NCBI GenBank assembly: GCA_011109175.1
Contig: RDEW01000002.1
Location: 1,594,111 to 1,658,110 of the forward strand
DNA: 64,000 bases
Origin: Dicyema japonicum
Lineage: Eukaryota > Animalia > Dicyemida
Reading direction: 5' to 3'
Both the position numbers and the translations under genes were made by a program. Shown here piece by piece: positions 53,361 through 64,000 of this stretch. Position 1 is the first letter of the stretch, and every line of letters starts with the position of its first letter. Under the pieces are notes generated by a model. That model saw nothing but the letters and a program-made list of their open reading frames with translations, did no database searches and was not told the origin of the DNA.

Positions 53361-54266
53361 TTAATTTTATAATTTATTCATTTTTGTTTAAAAAAATATT
53401 TTTTATTTATAAATTAAATTTTATAACAAAAATGAATTATTAACTTTCGTAATTTTATAATTTATTCATTTTTGTTTAAAAAAATATTTTTTATTTATAA
53501 ATTAAATTTTATAACAAAAATGAATTATTAACTTTCGATTATCAACTTTTAATTCTCCTCGTGAGCGCTGATGGTTACTTGAGCGAATTTCGCTCGCTTT
53601 CTAGAGAGGGAATATCCACGCAGTCAGGGCAGCCGAAGACAACCGCTTACTCTTTTTCCTTTAATTTTAAAGACTTTTAATTCAAGAAATAGATTTCCTT
53701 ATTCTCTTTGTCATTTACATTCCTTAGCTGATCTGGATTTCATTCCTATGCTTATTTAGGACTTTAAATAAATAAGCTGATCTGCAAAAAGAAATGTTCA
53801 TGAATCAATCGAATTGAAGAGCCATGAATATATTTGATTAACAGGATTCCTCTCTTTGATTCGTAAATTTTGTCCAAAAGTTTGAAACGGTGACGTATTT
53901 CTATTGCACTAAATGTCTACTTATAGGTATGAAAGTTGTTTCTTCTAGTGAGCAGAGACGAGATGACACACTTAGGAGAGTCAGAAATCTTGTGTTTTTA
54001 GCAGAGGAAGTATCCAATTAACGAGAATCGCGTTTGAATCTACTCAAACTGAAAATTAAAAAAACTTATAGGATCGTGAGCATTGACCCAATTCCAAGAT
54101 TTTATTGGAACCAATGCTGTTTCCGATGATATCCCAGCCTTTATGAGATTGCGAACCCTGAGGACACCTCTACTGAAAGGCCTGTCCACAAAAGTCACAA
54201 ATGCAATTCGGATGAAACGGAAACGGTTCCTAAGAACAGAATATGCATCCGCCAATCCTTCGTTCN

Positions 54267-54463
54267 GCTAAAATAGAAAATATGTAGCGAAGAGTTATAT
54301 TTCTGATCACATGGAAGCAAATTATTCTGCATATCAGGATTTTTAAAACATATTTGGAAATGTAGAGTAGCCCATGAATCATTGTATATATAATACTAAT
54401 ACTTGAGAAATGTTTTTCAAAACTAGAGAAAGGATGGTCAAAACTTGAGAATCCATTCGCCAA
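54267..54463 (-). pseudogene. MBOAT 5' fragment cut at a scaffold joint (fifth copy or alternative haplotype)
   Basis: Nearly identical to 53165-53360 including the upstream flank; begins at the n at 54266. Confidence 0.7.
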
Positions 54464-54574
54464 TTAATTTTATAATTTATTCATTTTTGTTTAAAAAAAT
54501 ATTTTTTATTTATAAATTAAATTTTATAACAAAAATGAATTATTAACTTTCGATTATCAACTTTTAATTCTCCT

Positions 54575-54648
54575 GGGATCACCTAACTGTCTGACTCTTT
54601 TGTCTTTCTTTCTCGGTGTTCCCGGGGTTATTAAAATAAATAAATAAA
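54575..54648 (+). mobile_element. 74-bp 5'-truncated non-LTR insertion with (TAAA)n tail
   Basis: 9-bp TSD AATTCTCCT at 54566-54574 and 54649-54657; empty site at about 53551-53559. Confidence 0.85.
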
Positions 54649-56029
54649 AATTCTCCTCGTGAGCGCTGATGGTTACTTGAGCGAATTTCGCTCGCTTTCT
54701 AGAGAGGGAATATCCACGCAGTCAGGGCAGCCGAAGACAACCGTTTACTCTTTTTTCCTTTAATTTTAAAGACTTTTTTAATTCACGAAATAGATTCCCT
54801 TATTCTCTTTGTTATTTACATTCCTTAGCTGATCTGGATTTCATTCCTATGCTTATTTAGGCCTTTAAATAAATAAGCTGATCTGCAAAAAGAAATGTTC
54901 ATGAATCAATCGAATTGAAGAGCCATGAATATATTTGATTAACAGGATTCCTCTCTTTGATTCGTAAATTTTGTCCAAAAGTTTGAAACGGTGACGTATT
55001 TCTATTCCACTAAATGTCTACTTATAGGTATGAAAGTTGTTTCTTCTAGTGAGCACCGACGAGATGACACACTTAGGAGACCCAGAAATCTTGTGTTTTT
55101 AGCAGAAGAAAATCCACACTGCCCATAAAATTTGATTTTTCTACCCAAATTGGTTGCAGACTTGGAATTGATAAATGTTGTTTACAAACTGGCTAATAAT
55201 TATGTCGAATAACAACTTGACGCCCGGCACTTGTTGAGCTTCTTTTTTGGAGAGGCAGAGGCTAAACAAGCAAAATCCCCCCTGGAATTGATAAATGTTG
55301 TTTACAAACTGGCTAATAATTATGTCGAATAACAACTTGACGCCCGGCACTTGTTGAGCTTCTTTTTTGGAGAGGCAGAGGCTAAACAAGCAAAATCCCC
55401 CCCCGCCAGCTCCTGTCTAAAAAATTTACCTTTTCCTTGAATGTGTTACGCCAATACCAACATTTGTTGGTACAAAAGCCAAACTGCTGATGCAAATCTC
55501 CTTCTCTCTACTGGATAACTTCACAATCTTTAAGGACTATCGGATGAACACAAGAACACCCTATAGAGCTTATGACAACATGACTTCACCGGATTTGAAC
55601 CTCGCCACCCCTTACATTGCATCTCTTGCCAACTGGTCTGTGATTTATGACTTCCGGAGCGACCACAATGACTTCACCGGATTTGAACCTCGCCACCCCT
55701 TACATTGCATCTCTTGCCAACTGGTCTGTGTTTTATGACTTCCGGAGCGACCACAAGCCGATTTTCATTCGGACGAAGAGCACGCTCATCTCGGAAAGAA
55801 GACGAAACACCTTCATGGATTACAGAAATGTGAATTGGAAAAGCTTTGCTCAATGTGTGAACATGAACTTAGCCGATTTCGATTCAATTCACTCGATAAT
55901 GCAGTCTCTCATGTTAACAAAAAGATCCAGAAGGCAATGAAGACATTTATTACGGAAAGATCAATCAAATCCTGCATCAACGTTTTGATCACATTAACGG
56001 AAAACTAACATTGTCTAAAGTTATCAGTA

Positions 56030-57100
56030 ATTTTTTGTCCACAACCATATTTAAGCTTTAAATTGCGCATGAATATTTTTCTATGTTATGTTGTCCAATT
56101 TAGTCGTGTCCGACCCTTGGAGATCTCATGAACGAGTTTCCTCCACTCTCCCCGATCCGTTGCAATTTGGAGTACCCTTGATGTAGGCATTCCCGTGACG
56201 TCTTCCACCGTGGATAGCCACCGAGTCCTTGGTCGACCCTTGGAGATCTCATGAACGAGTTTCCTCCACTCTCCTCGATCCGTTGCAATTTGGAGTACCC
56301 TTGATGTAGGCATTCCCGTGACGTCTTCCACCGTGGATAGCCACCGAGTCCTTGGTCGGCCAGGTCTTCTCTTCAATATTTTTCTAGAATCATAAAAATC
56401 TTTAAGACAATCCGGCAACATATTTAAAATGTTTTTCTCAATTTTATTTGTTATCAATGGCTGTCTTACAGTTACATTTGTTTTCTATATTCGTCAATTT
56501 TGATATTAAATTGAATTAAAATTCATCAATCATGGAACTGTCACTTGAAATTATTTCTCCAGACAAGTTCATGTCTTAATTTGAATTTTTCTAACCATCC
56601 GTTTGATGGCTGTCTTACAGTTACATTTGTTTTCTATATTCGTCAATTTTGATATTAAATTGAATTAAAACTCATCAATCATAAAACTGTCACTTGAAAT
56701 TATTTCTCCAGACAAATTCATGTCTTAATCTGAATTTTTCTAACCATCCGTTTGAAACCTTAAAATTGTCAAGTAAGATGCGACTTTAAGTCCTAATAAA
56801 ATGATTTTAAGAATTACAATAATACCGATTTTTTGGATTAAAGGTCCGGAAATGAAGACGTTTTGTTTTCTTAGGTGTTGAAATATATCCAACACTTTTG
56901 AATCCAAAAGTTTATGCTTTTCACTAGTGACTGACTAGGAAGTCTCTGCATTCGAATAAATCTGTCCATTTTTTGTGAATGGAACAATGTTTCTCTTGAT
57001 TCTAGAGATTGTTCCGATACTTGTGTCAAACATTCTCGCGAGTTTTCGAATAATAAATCCCTAACCTGATCTGTTTTTCATTCCTAAGCTGATTTGGGAT
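56030..57100 (-). mobile_element. pogo/Tigger-like internally deleted element
   Basis: RKLARMFDTSIGTISRIK, FKVSNGWLEKFRLRH and C-terminal LPDCLKDFYDSRKI motifs. Confidence 0.7.
56084..56374 (-). mobile_element. 5'-truncated RTE (BovB-like) 3' end
   Basis: RRPGRPRTRWLSTVEDVTGM..LQIATDRGEWRKLVHEISKGRTRLNWTT*; short ACATA-repeat tail; 12-bp TSD AATATTTTTCTA at 56072-56083 and 56375-56386. Confidence 0.85.
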
Positions 57101-57849
57101 TCTAAATAATTAAGCTGATCTTCACAAAAAATGTTAATGAATCAAATCCAAGTGAACGCCTGGAGGGATACCACTCAATGGAAATACCATGGGCGGAAGG
57201 CTGGTACGGGAACCACCCTCTTCTACCGTGATAACTTACAAACAAGGAACACGAATATCGTCTCGGCCACACAATGCGAATTCGTGTCCATTGAAATACG
57301 TTGTTGATGTTCGTGGATAAATATCGGGGGTCTGTATTCAAAGGANNNNNNNNNNNNNNNNNNNNNNNNNNNNNNNNNNNNNNNNNNNNNNNNNNNNNNN
57401 NNNNNNNNNNNNNNNNNNNNNNNNNNNNNNNNNNNNNNNNNNNNNNNNNNNNNNNNNNNNNNNNNNNNNNNNNNNNNNNNNNNNNNNNNNNNNNNNNNNN
57501 NNNNNNNNNNNNNNNNNNNNNNNNNNNNNNNNNNNNNNNNNNNNNNNNNNNNNNNNNNNNNNNNNNNNNNNNNNNNNNNNNNNNNNNNNNNNNNNNNNNN
57601 NNNNNNNNNNNNNNNNNNNNNNNNNNNNNNNNNNNNNNNNNNNNNNNNNNNNNNNNNNNNNNNNNNNNNNNNNNNNNNNNNNNNNNNNNNNNNNNNNNNN
57701 NNNNNNNNNNNNNNNNNNNNNNNNNNNNNNNNNNNNNNNNNNNNNNNNNNNNNNNNNNNNNNNNNNNNNNNNNNNNNNNNNNNNNNNNNNNNNNNNNNNN
57801 NNNNNNNNNNNNNNTCACATGAAGTCACAATTGCAATTAGGACGAAACG

Positions 57850-60800
57850 GAAAGGGTCATCAAACGTAGAATATTTATCCAGCTTCCTCCGATTGTCAGA
57901 GTCAATGGAGTTTGTGGTGGAAATTAAATTTTTCGAGGAAAAGTATCAACACTGGTTACATCACATACAAGAGATCGTCCTAGGGTAAATGAAAAGATCG
58001 TCATCCCGTCTGGTCTTTCCACCTCTTCGATCAAGTCCAACAGGTTCGATAATGTAAGGGAAACCAACATCTTCAAGACCACGTTTAATAATAGCATTTC
58101 ATGGCTTTTCTTGCATGAGATGGTGTATATTCTCCCACATCTGTATCTCCCATCAATCATCTCCCCACATCTGTATCGATAAGCTTCACAAACATCGAGA
58201 AAAGGGATGTGAAATACCGATGCGAAGACTCTCATTGTCAAGCAAAGTCCCGACATGAAGTGATTTCTATGTCGTTACAAGACCTCTAAGAAAGTTCGTC
58301 TGTCGGGGAGCGATAGCACAATCCCCACATCTTGTTCGGGTTTCTGAGAAAGCCTTTTCGAAAAAAGACCGCGAAATGTCGGGTAAAATTTCCGACGAAA
58401 GGCTAACACATTCACTCACCAAGAAAAGCTCAGAGCGTATTTTGGCGGCAGATCTTAGGCCGATGTCATCCAGAGAGGTCAAAAGTTTGGACCGGATATT
58501 GAAAGGACTTTACGGTTGAATCGATGGTATCAAGGAAGTCCCAGAGCCTGAAGACCGGCGAGCACCTCAGAACGAGATATTTTTTCGGCAGACAAAACGC
58601 CACGTGTAAATAAAGACTTCGCCTTTTTGATAGAGAGCTTAACGAAGAGTTTACCAAAACAAGCCCAGGGGAAAGACAATTCACTAACGTCCGTGATCTT
58701 CTCCCGGTAAACTGATCTTTGAAAGTTCCGGCAACGAAAACAAACAAGATTGTTATCCGAACTCAACTCCCTAGAAGCCTGTTCCCGGCGACCACATGGT
58801 TCGAAAACACAATCCCATTCGAAACTGTTAAAATATTGGAGATATCCAGTTTATAGCAATAAGGTATCCCTCAGAGTCCACGGAATCGAAGATCTTGTTG
58901 AATGGATTTCAGACTCGCAACGATTTCTGAGCCCCACTCCAACCTGCACTAAGGACAAGGCTGATGTGAGGCGGATAGTTACACGGTTTCCTCAATTTTC
59001 AAACATAGACGTAGTAATTTCCGACAGCGTTCGGGCGGATTCTTCCGTTTAAACGTGTAGAGGTTCCTGCCATACAAGATGTCTCTTACATATATGTGAA
59101 CATCCCCATTGNGAAGATCTTGTTGAATGGATTTCAGCCTCGCAACGATTTCTGAGCCCCACTCCAACCTGCACTAAGGACAAGGCTGATGTGAGGCGGA
59201 TAGTTATACGGTTTCCTCAATTTTCAAACATAGACGTAGTAATTTCCGACAGCAATCGGGCGGATTCTTCCGTTTAAACGTGTAGAGGTTCCTGCCATAC
59301 AAGATGTCTCTTACATATATGTGAACATCCCCATTGAAAATCCTCAAAACAAGAAGATGGAAGTGGTACAATAGGTTCTCTATGCACCTGATGTTTCCCC
59401 TTTAACATAAAGAGAGAGGGAAAGAGTGTTGTCAGAAGTAAGAAATCGGAGGGCAGCCTTCGTGCCACACTCGAGGAGTTTTAAGACAATCCCTAAGACG
59501 ACGGAGAAGGCTCCTGCCTGGCTGAGTCGGGAGGGAGCAAAGTAAATCTGAAAACACAAGTTTGTTTAGGGAATCCATATCTTCCGCTTCATTGATGGAG
59601 GAGATTGATTTTCCCAGTCGACTTGTCGCTTGTGGCCACTCGATATGTCGTTAATGCGACAGGTAAGAGAGGAAGTGGCTTTGATTCGTGTCCCTTGTGG
59701 ATGCAGATAGGAATGTTTTTTGACTTCCGGATATTGGAGAGAGTAGGTCGTTCATCTCTGCAGAATCCTCATCCAATTTGGGGGATTCTTCATATAAAGG
59801 TAGCAGCTTTGGACAATGGAAAAAACCTATGACGACTGTAAGGAACTGCGCTCAATGAGCAGTTCTTTCCTCTCGTATCCTTTTTCCTCTTTGCAATGAA
59901 CGATCCGATACGGTTCTGTAGGGTCAGTGATCTGCTTCTCATGAGTCCTGATGTTTCCATGGTGACTGGTTCAAAAATCAATTCTCCACCGAGATATTCG
60001 TATTTTTTCCTTTTTAGGGTTTTGACCTATTCCGAGACTGAGCCTGGGTTAGTTGCTGTCATAGCAAGGTTGGAGAAAGAGGCTATCCGCACCGGGGCGT
60101 CCCAGACGAAATATCTAAGACAGGGTTCTCTCAATGGACAATAACCGACTTTTGCGCTCCGGTCACCACATAAAAATGTAATGAACGATGATTAGAGACC
60201 AGAGATAGTGTCAGTTAATGATATGTAGAATAAGTCTAGTATGCATGTTCTGCCTGGAGATTTGCCCTTCCCTCATCGAGGTCATCCATCTTCAGCCTCC
60301 TTTCTGAGAAGGCAACGTTGAGAATTGGCAAGTGTCTTACGTTTCTGCAAGGAACTAGGAAACTCATTGATATAAAAATTGGCTCACGAGAGGAATTCCG
60401 ATAGATCATATAGGAGTGCACTCCTTTCAGAAACAAAAGAAGGAGCTTCAAAGAAAGTTGGGTCGCTGACTAAACATACAAGGAGATTTTTTGGAGATCG
60501 AAGATCTGAACTGGGATCAGTCGATTTTTCAAACTAAAGTTTTGCTATGTAAGAGTCTTCATTGCGAATTCAAGAAGTCAGTGGATACAATATAGTTTTT
60601 AAGTCAGGGCTTGGGGGTTCCATCTATTTAAACTGATAGTAAGCCAAAAATGCATTTTTGTCTAAAAAAGTAGAGATTCTGTTAAGGACGATTGCAAGTT
60701 GTTATTCTTATTTTCAAGTCCTGTGCGAAAACAAGGCCGAGTAATATGTAACAACAGGCAATCAAAGAAGTTTTCTCGCCAAAGGAGTTCTTTAAGGTTA

Positions 60801-61500
60801 TCATCTGTTTAGACTTATAAACAAATTGTCCAAGATAATGATAGCAGGGAGTCCAAATAGATCCCTCATGAGAAGATTACTTTGATGATTACATCTTCGN
60901 CAAAGCCACGCATGTAACTGGTTCAGCGTGCAATCCGTCAATGTAGACGCATAAGACCAGTAAAAGTATAACCGAAGATAGGAAAGCTGGGAGGGCGAGT
61001 TTGAGTGGTGAGCGCATACTCCACTAAATCCTGCCGGTTATATTAAATGAAATATAAAGTGTTTCTTGTACGGCAATATTTAGCCTATTTTCGATGGCTG
61101 TCAGAAGATCCAAATCCGTAAAACAGGGGGCTATCCGTAGAAAAAAGGAGATGGAAATTCCTGAATAAAAATAGAGAATTAAGATTTGTTACGTTGGAAG
61201 AGAATAGTTGAACAGATACATATTTCACCCATGGGAGTCGATGAAAACGCGTTTTCGTTTTCGGTGACATTTTGGAGGTAAGTCAAAATCATAGCCAGTG
61301 CTCGACTAAAGTCGTCCTTTATACAAACAACGTTAATGAGTAGGAAATTTGACGGATCCGGCTCCAATCCAAGCGATTGGACAGATTTCGGAATTTATCT
61401 CTGCCACAAGAATTTCCCAGTTCTCTCTAGTATCATTGAAGACCTAAAGCAATAGAATTGAAGCCAAAGAGTAGAGGGTCAAGAAGATCGCCCTGTTGGA
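57850..61500 (-). mobile_element. Several degenerate CRE-like (RLE-class) non-LTR fragments
   Basis: GVQQGDLLDPLLF (about 61470-61500), LRCSPVF, RPDGMTIFSFTLGRSLVCDVTSVDTF and FEPVTMETSG motifs. Confidence 0.7.
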
Positions 61501-61845
61501 CTCAAGTCAATGATTGGAGGTCAGCAATTAACAGCACAATATAGTAAATCAATATGCACCAATATCTCAGATAACAATTACAAATAAATCAATTAAAATT
61601 TTATTCTACCCACAATTTACCTTCCATTAATCACGTGCAAACAAAATCACCTAACTATACTCCCAAATAATAAAACCAAAATAAAAAATCACAATAAAAT
61701 AACAAAATGACTAAAACCAAGAGAATTATAGTAGGACTAATTACTTTCGCTCAACCTAACTATACTCCCAAATAATAAAACCAAAATAAAAAATCACAAT
61801 AAAATAACAAAATGACTAAAACCAAGAGAATTATAGTAGGACTAA

Positions 61846-63265
61846 TTACTTTCGCTCATCTAATAATAACCCAAATGGACTAACTGTAACTAACAGGATC
61901 AATTTTCTCCGGCATTTCACTGATATTGACCTCAAATCTCTTCTGAACTTCATTCAATACTCCCATATCCGTACTATTGGACACAAAAGTCACAGCTATC
62001 CCCTTTGTCCCGAATCTCCCGGCACGTGCCACTCTGTGGAGGAAACTGTCAGCATCATCAGGCATGTCGTAGTTAAAGACGACATTGACTCTCTCAATGT
62101 CTATTCCTCTGCCAAATAAATCCGTGGCCACAAGTATTCTCTTCTCAAAGTCTTTAAAGAGTTGGTATCTCTTCAACCTGCCATGTTAAATCAGTAAACC
62201 TCTCCTCTTGCTGCATCCCTCGATGGATACAGATCACCTCAAAGTTAGCCTGAGCCAACACTTCGGTGAGGGCGATGCATCGATTAACCGTCCTCACGAA
62301 TATAATGGTCTATTATGACTCCTCAATATACCTGATTAACACTCAGGGACTCCAAAAGGTTGGAGAGTGCCCTGGTCTTTGCGTTCTCGTCTATTTTAGC
62401 GTAGTACTGCTGGAGACCGTGGAGAGTGAGTTTGGACTCGTCGTCTATGTAGATCTCCAAGGGCTACGAATAAAACCAAAGACCAACGTCTTTCATGAAC
62501 TTCAGACAAACAGGTCTTATGGATTTTGGCAGAGTTGCGGAGAACATAATTACCTGTTTGCTGTGAGGGGTCTTCCGGAAGATGTCCTGGACGTCCGATC
62601 TCATGTCTGCAAGGCTACCCCAAATCACCACCAACCTGCCTTGTCTAGAACCTTGTCACACTCATCCACCACAAAATGATGGCACTTGCTCAGATTAAGG
62701 TGGTTCTCTGAGACCAACTGGAGGATCCTTCCCGGGGTTCCCACAACCACCTGAGGGTTCTTCCGAAGCTTGGATATGTCCAGTTGCATGGGAATACCCC
62801 CAAAACACACAGCAACCTTAAAATTGCAATAATATACGAAACCTTAACTTCTGGGAGATACTTGGAGAATCTCTCGTACTCCTTGCTAATCTGGAAGGCC
62901 AACTCACGTGTGTGACATAACACTAGGGTGTCCACGTTGGTGCAGTTCTCGTCCAGTTGGTGGAGTGTGGAGAGGACGTATACAGCGGTCTTCCCCATCC
63001 CTGACTTTGCCTGACAGACTATATCCATGTTCAAGATAGCCTGGGGGATGCACTGATGCTGGACTTCAGAGGGGTGTTCGAATCCGCACTCTTGGATGGT
63101 TCTCAGAAGCTCTGGCTTGAGAAGAAAATCCCTGAATCCCGAGCTATGAATTGCCACGTGGGATCCTTTTGGTTTCTGAGAATCGTTCGCTTGCTTCGTA
63201 GGTAGAACTGAATCATTCTCTTCTTCATCGTAGTCTAACAGATCTGTATCGTTGTAAAGAGACAT
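61846..63265 (-). CDS. DDX39B: Spliceosome/mRNA-export RNA helicase UAP56/DDX39B (Sub2), 6 mini-introns
   Basis: [28 protein letters not shown] box, SAT and [10 protein letters not shown] motifs. Introns: 62817-62842 (26), 62607-62635 (29), 62464-62487 (24), 62310-62331 (22), 62178-62199 (22) and 61860-61884 (25). The protein ends SYNERK*. Confidence 0.97.
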
Positions 63266-63519
63266 ATTCTGCGAATTTGTTTGAATAATTTAGTAAATAG
63301 GTGCCAGATAGACGTAAATAATTATAATAATCTTCGATAAACATACCAGTGAGAAGAACAACTAACGAATAATTAGTAACGTTTTTTCCATTTTAAATTT
63401 GGTTCGCCGCAGTTTAATTGATTTTTAAAATAAATTATTATATTTTATTTTAATCGTTTTATGTTAATTCTTTTATCACTTTATTTTTATCATTATTTTA
63501 TTTCACTAATATATATTAT

Positions 63520-64000
63520 GGAAACAAGGACTAATACGGCCAATACTAAAACCAGGAAGACCGAGAGATGACCCAGCGTCTTTTAGACCGGTGTCACTAC
63601 TCTCCGCCATATCAAAAATCCTGAAGAGGCTTGTGCTCGGTAGAATAAAAAAGTTGTTACCAGAGAGGCCTTTTCAACATGGATTCAATAATTAGAGATC
63701 CACGTCTACATGCTTCCAAACATTGACCGACTTCATTCGAGTCGGATTCAAAATCAAATCGAAATATTTTAAAACAGTGCTCTGTTCGATAAGATAATTT
63801 AATAACAGTATAAGGACACATCATTTCACGACTGCTATCGAGAAAAATATTTTAATCGGAGATCCCAGGGAAGCTAAAGCTTTGGATCACTAACTTCTTA
63901 AGTGGACGAAAGGGACGTGTTTGCGTCGGAAGTCTGCAATCAATCTTACGGCTCCTCCCCAACTGAGTCCCTCAAGGATCTCATTTATCCCCTGCTCTGT
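63520..64000 (+). mobile_element. Jockey-like RT fragment running off the window
   Basis: PILKPGR..SFRPVSLLS, QHGF and VPQGSHLSP motifs. Confidence 0.7.

Noticed and set aside
1-64000. Alternative genetic code or prokaryotic systems (retrons, DGRs, CRISPR-RT)
   Set aside because: After mini-intron removal the genes read through in the standard code with TAA/TAG/TGA stops, and all RT motifs belong to eukaryotic non-LTR clades.

Overview
AT-rich eukaryotic scaffold, probably metazoan, with N-gaps and the standard genetic code. Host genes are broken by very short (about 21-29 nt) GT-AG introns, so the ORF track fragments them. This is most reminiscent of a dicyemid-type reduced parasite; the taxon is an inference, and a myxozoan or other reduced lineage is not excluded. 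Hand-splicing recovers DDX39B/UAP56 (6 introns), RPS25 (3), gamma-tubulin complex component 6 (about 11), a Y-box/cold-shock-domain pseudogene and tRNA-Arg(TCG). It also recovers a locally amplified MBOAT lysophospholipid acyltransferase: 3 apparently intact copies, 1 frameshifted copy and 2 fragments, with 9 introns per full copy. Most of the remainder is nested transposon debris: RTE-, R4/Dong-, CRE- and Jockey/I-like non-LTR elements, plus pogo/Tigger, Tc1, hAT and Ginger DNA transposons. Highlights are a bounded Ginger2-like element (TIRs, 5-bp TSD, empty site visible in the window) whose integrase carries host-size mini-introns, the MBOAT amplicon with a coding VNTR and variable start codon, a candidate GT-TG mini-intron, candidate trans-splice acceptors and a BovB-like RTE insertion. 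Many exact 100-200 bp tandem duplications look like assembly artefacts.
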